Source of the DNA: Synergistaceae bacterium
Lineage (GTDB): Bacteria; Synergistota; Synergistia; Synergistales; Synergistaceae
Assembly (NCBI GenBank): GCA_030533085.1
Contig: JAUNJZ010000001.1
Location: forward strand, 24,814-88,813
DNA length: 64,000 bases
Reading direction: 5' to 3'
Shown here: positions 10,095 through 18,535 of the stretch, piece after piece
How positions within the stretch are numbered: position 1 is the first letter of the stretch
How the letters are laid out: each line of letters opens with the position of its first letter
Made by a program: the position numbers and the translations under genes
Notes under the pieces: generated by a model
Databases searched by the model: none
Told to the model about the DNA's origin: nothing
The model's input: only the letters and a program-made list of their open reading frames with translations

Positions 10095-11384
10095 ATGCGT
10101 TTGGAGTTGCACAAGGTCCATATCAAAGGACTGGATTTTGCAGAGACGACTCACGTGAAGGACGGCGTGCTTTATGTCAACAAAGAAGAAGCCGAAGCCC
10201 TCATCGCTGAGGACAGAAATTTCTCGAAGGTGAGCATAGACTTTGCCCGCCCCGGAGAAAAGACGCGCATCATTCCCGTCAAGGACGCGGTCGAGCCGCG
10301 AGTGAAGATCGGCAAAGGGAATTACTTCCCCGGATTCATGGCGCCGATGGGTAAGGCTGGAGAGGGAGATACCCTTGTTCTTGACGGAGCCGCCGTCGTA
10401 ACCTGCGGCCCTATCGTGGCCTTCCAGGAGGGCTTCATCGACATGAGCGGCCCCGCCGCGCCATATTCTCCCTTCTCGGAGACTTACAACATCGTTCTGT
10501 CCGTTGAGCCGGTCGATGATCTGGAAAAGCATCTTTACGAGACCTCGCTTCGCGAGGCCGGACTGAAGCTCGCCGTCTATCTCGCACGCCGCGCCGATGA
10601 GAACGGAGCGAAGGCCGACGAGGTGACTGTCTTTGAAAAGGGCGACACCTTTGAAGAGAACGCGAAGTATCCAGACCTTCCGAAGGTAGTCTATGTCTGC
10701 ATGAACATCACGCAGGGACTTCTGCACGACACCTATCTCTACGCCGCGGATCTCCGCCCCTCTCTGCCGACGCTCATTCACCCGAACGAAGTGCTGGACG
10801 GAGCGATGGTATCCGGAAACTGCGTCTCCGCCTGCGACAAGAACACGACATGGCATCACTGCCACAATCCTATCGTGCAGGCGCTCTACGCCCGCCACGG
10901 CAAGGAGCTTAATTTCCTCGGCGTTATCCCCACACAGGAGAGCACGATACTCGACGGCAAGATACGCGCCTCGCAGATGAACCTTTCAATCGCCCGCCAG
11001 CTCGGCGCTGACGGCGTAATCGTCTCCGAAGAGGGTTACGGCAACCCGGACACAGACCTCTGTCTGAACGCGAAGAATTTCGAGAAGGCCGGCATCAAAG
11101 CGGTGCTCGTCTCCGACGAATCGGCCGGTACGGACGGCGCCAGCCAGAGCCTTGCCGACGCGACGCCGGAGCTTACGGGCTTCATCTCGACCGGCAACGT
11201 CAATGAAATGATCGAAGTCCCCGCGATGGACAAGGTTATCGGATATCCCGAATCAATAGCCGTCCTTTCAGGCGGAGCGGAAGAAAGCCTGCGCCCGGAC
11301 GGTTCGATGTATGTAGAGCTCCAGTCCATCATCGCATCCACTGCCGAGATAGGCTTCAACAAGCTCGGCTGCGAGTGGGTATAG
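10095..11384 (+). CDS. grdE: glycine/sarcosine/betaine reductase component B proprotein (alpha/beta subunits, pyruvoyl-forming)
   Basis: The N-terminus MRLELHKVHIKGLDFAETTHVKDGVLYVNKEEAEAL is GrdE-like. 429 aa. An internal NCVSACDKN region matches the known Asn-Cys self-cleavage context. AAAGGAGG RBS. Confidence 0.85.
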   Translation: MRLELHKVHIKGLDFAETTHVKDGVLYVNKEEAEALIAEDRNFSKVSIDFARPGEKTRIIPVKDAVEPRVKIGKGNYFPGFMAPMGKAGEGDTLVLDGAAVVTCGPIVAFQEGFIDMSGPAAPYSPFSETYNIVLSVEPVDDLEKHLYETSLREAGLKLAVYLARRADENGAKADEVTVFEKGDTFEENAKYPDLPKVVYVCMNITQGLLHDTYLYAADLRPSLPTLIHPNEVLDGAMVSGNCVSACDKNTTWHHCHNPIVQALYARHGKELNFLGVIPTQESTILDGKIRASQMNLSIARQLGADGVIVSEEGYGNPDTDLCLNAKNFEKAGIKAVLVSDESAGTDGASQSLADATPELTGFISTGNVNEMIEVPAMDKVIGYPESIAVLSGGAEESLRPDGSMYVELQSIIASTAEIGFNKLGCEWV

Positions 11385-11397
11385 GGAGGTAACAGCC

Positions 11398-12711
11398 ATG
11401 ACTTTGAGAGTAGTTCATTATATCAATCAGTTCTACGCCGGTATCGGCGGAGAAGAAAAGGCGGATCACCAGCCTGAGCTGCGCGAGGGCATTGTCGGCC
11501 CCGGAACCGGACTGAACGCGGCCTTTGGCGGCGAAGCTGAGATAGTCGCCACCGTCATCTGCGGCGACGGCTTCTACGGCGAGCATACCGACGAGGCGCG
11601 CGCAAAGTGTCTTGAAATGGTAAAGGCTCAGAAGCCGGACCTCTTTGTCGCCGGGCCGGCATTCAACGCGGGACGCTACGGCTTCGCCTGCGGCGACATC
11701 GCGGCGACAGTCGCGGCCGAGCTTGGCATTCCGACTGTAACTTCGATGTATCAGGAAAACCCGGGCGTCGAGCTGTATTCCAAAAAGACATACATCGTTC
11801 CCTGCGCGGACTCCGCGCGCGGCATGGGCAAGGCGCTTCCGGTGATAGCGAAGCTCGGACTCAAGCTTGCGAAGGGCGAAGCGATGGGGCCGGCGAGAGA
11901 AGAGGGCTATATCCACCGCGGTATGCGCAAATCCTTCTTCCATGAGAAGAGCGGAGCCGAGCGCGCCGTTGAAATGCTGCTCAAAAAGCTGCGCGGCGAA
12001 GAGTTCCGCACGGAATATGAGATGCCGACATTCAAAAAGATCCCGCCCGCAGCTCCCGTCAAGGATCTGAAGCACGCGAAGATAGCCCTTGTCACATCAG
12101 GCGGCATCGTGCCGGCCGGCAACCCCGACCGCATCCGCGTATCCTCCGCCGAAAGCTACGGAGAGTACGACATCTCCGCGCTCGACAACCTCACGCCGGA
12201 GAATTACGAGTCCATCCACGGCGGCTACGACCGTCAGTGGGCGAACATCGACCCTGACGTGGTCGTCCCCCTCGACATCATGCGCGAGCTTGAAAAAGAG
12301 GGCGTATTCGGCAAGCTGCACGATAAATTCTACACCACCACAGGAACCGGAACCGCCGTCGCCTTCGCTGAGAAGTTCGGCCGCGAGATCGGCGAAAAGC
12401 TGAAGAAGGCAAACGTTGACGCCGTGATCCTCACCTCCACCTGAGGAACCTGTACACGGTGCGGCGCATCGATGACAAGAGAAATAGAAAACGCGGCAGG
12501 CGTTCCCGTAGTTCAGATAGCGACGATAGTTCCTATCATGCTTACGGTTGGAGCGAACAGAATAGTTCCCGGCGTGGCGATTCCGCATCCCACAGGAAAG
12601 CCGGAGCTTGGCGAAGAAGTTGACAGAGCCGCGCGCAAAGAGCTTATTATGCGCGCCTTCCACGCGATGACGACTCCGATTACAGAACAGACGATCTTCG
12701 AGAAGAATTAA
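11398..12711 (+). CDS. grdB: glycine reductase selenoprotein B, with in-frame UGA = selenocysteine
   Basis: ORF 11398..12444 ends ...DAVILTST at a TGA, and ORF 12472..12711 is in the same frame. Read-through gives VILTST-U-GTCTRCGASMTREIENAAGVPVV, the GrdB Sec motif. Confidence 0.9.
12442..12444 (+). other. UGA selenocysteine codon of grdB
   Basis: In-frame TGA inside the conserved TST-U-GTCTRCG motif. A small hairpin, CGGTGC-ggc-GCATCG, lies about 13 nt downstream and is a weak SECIS candidate. Confidence 0.85.
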
Positions 12712-12723
12712 AATCCCACAAAT

Positions 12724-12759
12724 TACGGGCGGCATTTCTGCCGCCCGTTACGCTCTTTT
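12724..12759 (+). terminator. intrinsic terminator or attenuator after grdB
   Basis: Perfect 10-bp stem ACGGGCGGCA-tttc-TGCCGCCCGT, followed a few nt later by CTCTTTTTG. Confidence 0.55.
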
Positions 12760-12842
12760 TGTTTCTTTGCACTAAAACGCCGATGGCTTTTTGAAGTAAA
12801 ATATCGTATTATAGGGTCAGGAGAAAGCTGGAGGGATGCAAG

Positions 12843-13268
12843 ATGACGCAGAGAAATTTTCGCATCGTGACGAACAATCCCTGGATAGAGAAAGGGCCGG
12901 CTGTTCCGCATGAAATAATCCTTATCGAGGGGACTCCGATGGATACGCTCGATAAGACGGAGGAATTATTGCAGCAGGGCTGGAAGCTCGTCTCGGCGCC
13001 GCTTCCCCCGAATGTTCCGATAATGCGCGGCCCCTACAGGTCGCTGATAATAGAGGAAAACGACAGGCAATATGACAAAGATGGGCTGATAGCCCTGCAT
13101 AAGGCACGAGAACGCTACAGGATGGAGCGGGAGCATCACAACCTGCCGGCTCCGGGAGAGGATTTCGGAATCATCGACAGGCAGATGCTGCAGCGCTCGC
13201 TGCGCGATTCAATGCTTATCGACGCTGAAAAGGCCGCCGGCACAGCAACAGGCGGCGACAGACAATAA
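12843..13268 (+). CDS. grdX: GrdX-like protein (accessory protein of grd operons)
   Basis: 141 aa. The N-terminus FRIVTNNPWIEK...ILIEGTPMD and its position inside a grd cluster resemble GrdX. The assignment comes from memory of the family, not from a search. Confidence 0.6.
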   Translation: MTQRNFRIVTNNPWIEKGPAVPHEIILIEGTPMDTLDKTEELLQQGWKLVSAPLPPNVPIMRGPYRSLIIEENDRQYDKDGLIALHKARERYRMEREHHNLPAPGEDFGIIDRQMLQRSLRDSMLIDAEKAAGTATGGDRQ

Positions 13269-13302
13269 AGGGCAAACAAATAATTAACAGGAGGCAGCGA
13301 AA

Positions 13303-13632
13303 ATGATAGCGCTTACAAAAGAGAACTGCGACGCAGAGGTACGCGAAGAGAAAAATATCCCCGTAGTGGTGGATTTCTGGGGGCCGCAGTGCGTTCCCTG
13401 CATGGGACTTATGCCCCACTATCACGAGATGGAAGAGGATGAGAAGTTTAAGGGCAAGGTGAAGTTCACCTCTGTGGACTGCTCGACGAACAAGAGAGTA
13501 GCGATGGGCTTCCGCGTTATGGGGCTTCCGACATTCCTTTTCTGGAAGGACGGCGTCGAGGTAAAGCGCCTTTCCAAGGAAGAGTGCACAGTAGAGTCCA
13601 TCAGAGCGGCCATCGAAGAGCTTATTAAGTAG
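13303..13632 (+). CDS. trxA: thioredoxin (grd-associated type, CVPC active site)
   Basis: 109 aa. VVVDFWGPQCVPCMGL carries the C-V-P-C redox centre described for glycine-reductase-linked thioredoxins. Confidence 0.85.
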   Translation: MIALTKENCDAEVREEKNIPVVVDFWGPQCVPCMGLMPHYHEMEEDEKFKGKVKFTSVDCSTNKRVAMGFRVMGLPTFLFWKDGVEVKRLSKEECTVESIRAAIEELIK

Positions 13633-13691
13633 GCTGTAATCGGAGCTTTTCATCCGATAAGGCATAAATCACAAAGGGAGGCAATCTTAAC

Positions 13692-14163
13692 CATGGGTAT
13701 ACTTACTGGTAAGAAACTTCTCCTGCTTGGCGAAAGAGACGGCGTACCTGGGCCCGCGATGGAAGCGTGCCTGAAGGATTCCGGAGCTGAGATAGTATTC
13801 TCCGCGACGGAATGCTTTGTCTGAACCGCGGCAGGAGCAATGGACCTGCAAAATCAGCAGCGTATCAAAGACGCGGCTGAGAAATTCGGAGCCGAGAACT
13901 GTGTCGTTGTACTAGGTTCTTCGGACGCGGAAGGCGCGGAAATTTACGCCGAAACCGTTACGAACGGCGATCCGACTTATGCAGGCCCGCTTGCTGGAGT
14001 CTCGTTGGGACTCCCCGTATATCACGTATTTGACGAAGCTATTCGTTCAGAGTGCGACCCCGCGCAGTGGGAGGAGCAGATTTCCATGATGGAAATGGTT
14101 CTCGACCCCGAAGCGCTCGCGGCCGCCGTCAAAGGGATGCGTGACCAGTACAGCAAAGCGTAA
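13692..14163 (+). CDS. grdA: glycine reductase selenoprotein A. It has an in-frame UGA(Sec) and also an apparent 1-nt frameshift near codon 17.
   Basis: From ATG 13692 (AGGGAGG upstream) the translation is [17 protein letters not shown]. The GrdA sequence then continues only in the +1 frame, as [27 protein letters not shown](13822-13824)[16 protein letters not shown]... through to 14163. The string gac-ggg-cgt at 13737-13745 has one G too many for a continuous frame. Confidence 0.8.
13822..13824 (+). other. UGA selenocysteine codon of grdA
   Basis: TGA inside [13 protein letters not shown]. Hairpin GCAGG-agcaatgga-CCTGC at 13831-13849 is a possible SECIS. Confidence 0.8.
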
Positions 14164-14193
14164 CTGTTAATTAAGCCAGGGAATCAACAAGGC

Positions 14194-14230
14194 AGGGAGG
14201 GCTTCCGCATTCGCGCGGCGAGCCCTCCCT
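14194..14230. terminator. hairpin between convergent grdA and the C39-like gene
   Basis: AGGGAGGGCT ... AGCCCTCCCT inverted repeat with a long loop, followed by TCGCTTTA. Confidence 0.45.
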
Positions 14231-14238
14231 TCGCTTTA

Positions 14239-14988
14239 TCAGCCCTCGCCGCCGGCTTGCTTCCCTGCCCCGCTCTCCGGCGGCCATGCGGCCACATACT
14301 GCTGGACGCGCTGATCTACCGGCAGCGCGCAGAAGTCGCGCCAGGTGTCGAAAAATTCTTCCATATTCCCTACCGTATAGCCGTCCTGACAGTGGTCTCG
14401 CACATCGGCGCTGTCCATGAAGATAAGCACGTCGTCCGCCGTATCCTCCGTTCCCATCGTGTCGTAGCCGATAATGGCGCGCCAGTGAGCGCCGAGGCAG
14501 ATATTCTCGACCATTACCGGTATGCCGGCGCGCAGCTTTTCCAGCAGGTAGTCGCGGAATTCAGCCGGGTTTTTGAAGATGATCTGATTTTTTTCAGGCG
14601 CGTAGAAGCTCGATTCCACATTCCAGCCGATGCTCCGAAAAAATTCGCAGATGCCCCTGGTGTGAGTGCCCCCCTCTTTTCTTTCGTTCGGTTCGGTGAT
14701 CGTACCGCACAGCTCTACCAGCCGCATTTCGTCGTACTCCGTCACGCCGAAGTGCCAGAGGACGGAAAGGACGCAGCAGGGGCCGCAGCTGTAGCCCTTT
14801 GTCTGCTGATATGTCGGGTATTCGCTGATTATGGTTAGCCCCTTTTCGTCGCTGCGCATCGAATAAAAGTCCGGGGCTTTGAAGTACGGGGATTCACTGA
14901 CCGAGCAACGGCCGACGAGAGCGGCCGCGCTGTCCGCTTCAATCGAAATGCCTTCCGGCGTCGGAATCTGTCTTATTCTTTCTTTCAT
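14239..14988 (-). CDS. papain-like (peptidase C39-like) cysteine peptidase domain protein
   Basis: 249 aa. The candidate catalytic Cys context is QQTKGYSCGPCCVLSVLWHFG and the candidate His context is GAHWRAIIGYD, as in C39_2/BtrH-like domains. No signal peptide is obvious. Confidence 0.5.
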   Translation of the reverse strand: MKERIRQIPTPEGISIEADSAAALVGRCSVSESPYFKAPDFYSMRSDEKGLTIISEYPTYQQTKGYSCGPCCVLSVLWHFGVTEYDEMRLVELCGTITEPNERKEGGTHTRGICEFFRSIGWNVESSFYAPEKNQIIFKNPAEFRDYLLEKLRAGIPVMVENICLGAHWRAIIGYDTMGTEDTADDVLIFMDSADVRDHCQDGYTVGNMEEFFDTWRDFCALPVDQRVQQYVAAWPPESGAGKQAGGEG

Positions 14989-14991
14989 CCT

Positions 14992-15603
14992 CTAACCGGC
15001 TATCGCGCTGAGGCTCTTTCTGTCGCCGCGCTCCTGAAGCAGCGCGAGCGCGACGCTGAGCATGTGCGTGTTGTCTACCCAGATAAAGGAGGCGCTTGCG
15101 ATCGGCTTGTCCGGCGCTTCGGCGGTGGTGAATACGAGGTTGCCGTTCACTATCCCCCATTTCAGCCGCGGCCACGCGAAGAACTCCGGCTGAGAGCCTT
15201 TGAAAAGCCCCTTTTGAGTGATGATAAGGCCGCCGTCCGATATGGAGAAATCGCCGAAACGGTATTCCGTCCCCCTGCGCAGCCCGTCAAGCATTTCAGC
15301 CATCAGCCGTTTGCCGACCGCGCGCCAGAAGCGCTGAGTGAGATGCTCGTAAAAGTCCCGCTGCTTTGTCTTTATCGTAAATTCTCTCGTCTCGGTGCCG
15401 AAGACGGCGATATACTGCACCTTGGGGAATATGCCGCCCCTCTTCTGGTCTACCCCCCAGCGCAGTCTGGTTATCGCGCGCAGCGGAAACAGCTCTCCGC
15501 AATAGAGAAAACCGGCGGGAGTGATGTCAAGGCTTTTCTGAAAGGGCCATATTCCAAATCTGCAATGAAAATCTATCTCGTTGTGCCATGATTTTTTTTC
15601 CAT
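14992..15603 (-). CDS. hypothetical protein with two internally similar modules
   Basis: 203 aa, tightly packed between neighbours (3-nt and 13-nt gaps). The two halves share a pattern: ITPAGFLYCGELFPLRAITRLRWGV versus ISDGGLIITQKG...FAWPRLKWGIV. Confidence 0.45.
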   Translation of the reverse strand: MEKKSWHNEIDFHCRFGIWPFQKSLDITPAGFLYCGELFPLRAITRLRWGVDQKRGGIFPKVQYIAVFGTETREFTIKTKQRDFYEHLTQRFWRAVGKRLMAEMLDGLRRGTEYRFGDFSISDGGLIITQKGLFKGSQPEFFAWPRLKWGIVNGNLVFTTAEAPDKPIASASFIWVDNTHMLSVALALLQERGDRKSLSAIAG

Positions 15604-15616
15604 GCCAATACAGCTC

Positions 15617-16087
15617 CTATAATCTTTCTTTTATTTCCATATAACCGGTGCCGGCTATCGTGACGAATAATCTTATCTCCGGCTTCTTCTTTGATTTTAC
15701 TATAAAAGTGGCCGCCGGGGTCATAGTAAACCAGCGCCCTGAAAAAATCAATTCGTTTACCCCCTCGTAAGACATCGTCGTATCCTCGAACAAATAGCTT
15801 TCGTGCCGCGTTTTCTTCGCCCCGCTGAGCCATATAAGCGTCGCTTCGTAGCCGCGGTCCGCCCTGTCCGTGAGCAGCAGGGTAAATTGCGCGTCCTCCC
15901 GCGCGGCGGAGGACATTCTGTGTTTCATCCACGCGCAAAAGCGCGTCGCCTCGTTCCGCACCACGCGGCGTTCTTTCGCCTCCGACGCGGCAAACGACAG
16001 GGAAAGGGCGGATATAATGACCGCCGTTACCGTAAGCGCGCATATCAGCTCGACGAGAAGAAAGCCGCGCAGCGCAACACGGCTCAG
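15617..16087 (-). CDS. prepilin-type N-terminal cleavage/methylation-domain protein (pseudopilin-like). Start codon unresolved.
   Basis: Extending ORF 15617..15964 upstream in frame gives ...LSRVALRGFLLVELICALTVTAVIISALSLSFAASEAKERR, a G-F-x-L-V-E-L motif plus a hydrophobic helix. There is no ATG/GTG/TTG in that frame. A CTG overlaps the upstream TGA stop (CTGA at 16084-16087). Confidence 0.45.
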   Translation of the reverse strand: MSRVALRGFLLVELICALTVTAVIISALSLSFAASEAKERRVVRNEATRFCAWMKHRMSSAAREDAQFTLLLTDRADRGYEATLIWLSGAKKTRHESYLFEDTTMSYEGVNELIFSGRWFTMTPAATFIVKSKKKPEIRLFVTIAGTGYMEIKERL

Positions 16088-16518
16088 CCGCGCTCCTCCG
16101 ATATGAAGGATTTCATCCAGAGGTAAAAGGAATGCTCCTTCTTATAGAGGCGGCCTTCGCAGTCCGTGCAGCCATGCTTTGTCCAGCCCTCAGCGAGAAG
16201 CTTTTTATCCGCCGCGCGCAGCACGCGGTATTCAAATCTGACGCTGTGGCATTTCAGTTCGCTGACGCGGCTCCAAAGCTCTATCTCGTCGTCGTAGCGG
16301 GCGGGATGCTTGTAGCGGCAGTAGGCCTCGACCACCGGAAGCATAAGCCCCTCGCTCTCCCATTCTGTATATGGCTTTCCCCAGAGGCGGCAAAGCTCTG
16401 TGCGCGCCACCTCGAACCAGTCCAGATAGTTGGCGTTGTAGACTATTTTCATCTGGTCCGTCTCGCTGTAGCGCACCCGCAGTCTTGTCGCCAGAGCGTA
16501 ATTATCCTTCATCCACAT
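16084..16518 (-). CDS. acyl-CoA thioesterase, YbgC/4HBT (hotdog) family
   Basis: Contains RVRYSETDQMKIVYNANYLDWFEVARTELCRLWG...MLPVVEAYCRYKHPARYDDEIEL. The likely start is Met34 or Met36 of the ORF-track protein. Confidence 0.8.
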   Translation of the reverse strand: MWMKDNYALATRLRVRYSETDQMKIVYNANYLDWFEVARTELCRLWGKPYTEWESEGLMLPVVEAYCRYKHPARYDDEIELWSRVSELKCHSVRFEYRVLRAADKKLLAEGWTKHGCTDCEGRLYKKEHSFYLWMKSFISEERG

Positions 16519-16537
16519 TTCCCCTTTGAGAAAAAAT

Positions 16538-18535
16538 TCAAACGCCGAGCGCTCCGCGCTTATAGAGAATATATTTTGCCCTGTCAAGCGGCGATACTCC
16601 CCTGTAAGGCTGCTCAAAGCCCTCTCCCGGCGGACAGGGCGCGTAGCCCGCGCTCCGCGTTGACAGAGCGGCGCGTCCTCCGGAAAGCGAGGCCAGTCTC
16701 AGCGGAAAATCCATGCTCGAAGCGAGCGGCAGCAGCCCCTCCATCATGAAGCTGCCGCGCTTCACCACCGGAGAGTCAAAGCTGCCGCGCATGGAGATGA
16801 TTTCGCCGATGAGCTTTCCGCTTACCTCCTCCGGGAATGTAAGGCGGAATTTCAGCATAGGCTCCAGCAGCTCCGTGCCGCAGTTCACAAGGGCGTCCAT
16901 GATTCCCATCGGAGTGGCCAGCACGAAGTCCAGCGGATGCGTATGCACCGTGTGGTGTTCGCCGCCGCAAAGGGTTATACGCAGATCCGTCACCTCCCAG
17001 CCGCGCGGCCCCTGACGCAGCGCCTCCGGGATCGTCTGACGCACCTGCGCCTGATAACGCTGGAATATCTTATCGTTCGCCACAGTGCTCTCGAATATTA
17101 CGCCGGAGCCGGGCGGCAGCGGCTCTATCTCGAAATCCATCACAGCCCAGCAGGGCTTTGGCATCGTATATTCCACATGTCCGCGCCCGCTTTTCAGCGG
17201 GCGTTCCCTGTATATCACCATCGGCTCGCCTGTATCCGCCTCTATCCCGAAGCGCTCGCTAAGCGTAAGCCGCAATATTTCCGTCTGTATCAGCCCCGTC
17301 ACGCGCACCAGCAGCTCACGAAGCTCCCGCTCCCATATTACGTCAAGCAGCGGGTCTTCGGCGGCAAGCTCCGTCAGCGCCGCCACAAGCGCCGGATAGC
17401 GCGACTCGTCGCGCGGAGTGACCCTGACGCGCAGCATCGGCGCGGCTATATCGGCAGGGGGCGGAACAAAGGCGGGGTCGCCTATAATGTCGCCGCTGAC
17501 CGTACGCGCCATGCCGTAGACAGCCCCGACCTCGCCGCCGCGCAGTATGCCGGAATCCTTCTCGCGCGCCCCCAGCACCTCGCGTATCTGCGTCACCTTC
17601 TCCTCGCAGTCTCTTGTGACATTGCGGATGGAATCGCGGTTTTTCAGGCTGCCGGAGAAAAGGCGCAGATGAGCGACGCGGCCGAGGCTCTCGCTGTGCT
17701 CGACCTTAAAGACCACGCCGGAGAGCGGCCCGTCGTCCGCCTCAGCCGGACGCGCCAGCGCGGAGAGCAGATGCAGCAGCTCTTCCACCCCCTCGCCGCG
17801 CAGAGCCGCGCCGCAAATGAAGGGAATAAGCTTTTTTGCGTAAAAGGCTTCTCTGAGAAGGGAAAGCAGCTCGCCGCCGGTAAAGGCCTCCGCACCGCCG
17901 TCAAGATACCTTTCCAGCGCAGCGTCGTCATATTCGGCCAGCGTCTCCGCCAGCGATTCCATATCGCCGAGCTCCACGCGGCGGGGGCGCGAGCCCGTCA
18001 GCTCCGTTATCTCTTCCACGGCGGCCGCGCTGTCCGCCCCCACGCGGTCCATCTTATTGATGAAAAAAAGAGCCGGAACGGACATAGAATCCAGCGCCTG
18101 CCATATAAGCTCTGTCTGAGGCTGAACCCCCTCGACGGCGGAGACGACGATCACGGCAAGATCCATCGCGCGCGCCGCGCGCTGCGTCTCGCCGGAAAAA
18201 TCGCTGTGTCCCGGCGTGTCGATGATATATATCTTTACGCCCTTCCACGAAAGCAGCGCCGAGGCGGCGCGGACAGATATACCGCGCCGCCTCTCAAAGT
18301 CCATGAAATCGGTGTGGGCCGATCCCTCGTCAACGCGCCCAAGAGCGCGCACCGCTCCAGCCTTGAAAAGCATCTGCTCCGTCAGCGTCGTCTTGCCTCC
18401 GTCAACGTGGGCAAGAAGGCCGATAGTCAGCGGGCGCGGCTCCTTCAGTCTATCCAACGGACCTTTACTTCCCGGCGCGGCGCGTACTGGCGAACCGGCT
18501 TCAGCAGCGGCCAGCCGACCATCTGCGCGCCGCAT
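16538..18535 (-). CDS. translation-factor GTPase, Tet(M)/Tet(O)-like ribosomal-protection / EF-G paralog family
   Basis: G1 motif LAHVDGGKTTLTEQML, G3 motif IIDTPGHSDFSGE, G4 motif INKMDR. About 640-665 aa, shorter than EF-G. The annotated start overlaps the upstream gene by 91 nt, and an in-frame TTG at 18457 is a possible alternative. Confidence 0.8.
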   Translation of the reverse strand: MRRADGRLAAAEAGSPVRAAPGSKGPLDRLKEPRPLTIGLLAHVDGGKTTLTEQMLFKAGAVRALGRVDEGSAHTDFMDFERRRGISVRAASALLSWKGVKIYIIDTPGHSDFSGETQRAARAMDLAVIVVSAVEGVQPQTELIWQALDSMSVPALFFINKMDRVGADSAAAVEEITELTGSRPRRVELGDMESLAETLAEYDDAALERYLDGGAEAFTGGELLSLLREAFYAKKLIPFICGAALRGEGVEELLHLLSALARPAEADDGPLSGVVFKVEHSESLGRVAHLRLFSGSLKNRDSIRNVTRDCEEKVTQIREVLGAREKDSGILRGGEVGAVYGMARTVSGDIIGDPAFVPPPADIAAPMLRVRVTPRDESRYPALVAALTELAAEDPLLDVIWERELRELLVRVTGLIQTEILRLTLSERFGIEADTGEPMVIYRERPLKSGRGHVEYTMPKPCWAVMDFEIEPLPPGSGVIFESTVANDKIFQRYQAQVRQTIPEALRQGPRGWEVTDLRITLCGGEHHTVHTHPLDFVLATPMGIMDALVNCGTELLEPMLKFRLTFPEEVSGKLIGEIISMRGSFDSPVVKRGSFMMEGLLPLASSMDFPLRLASLSGGRAALSTRSAGYAPCPPGEGFEQPYRGVSPLDRAKYILYKRGALGV

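Noticed and set aside
15573-16043. 156-aa ORF overlapping the prepilin-like gene in another frame
   Set aside because: It has no motif and is Arg/Gly-rich. The alternative frame carries the GFxLVEL + helix signature and fits the operon spacing.
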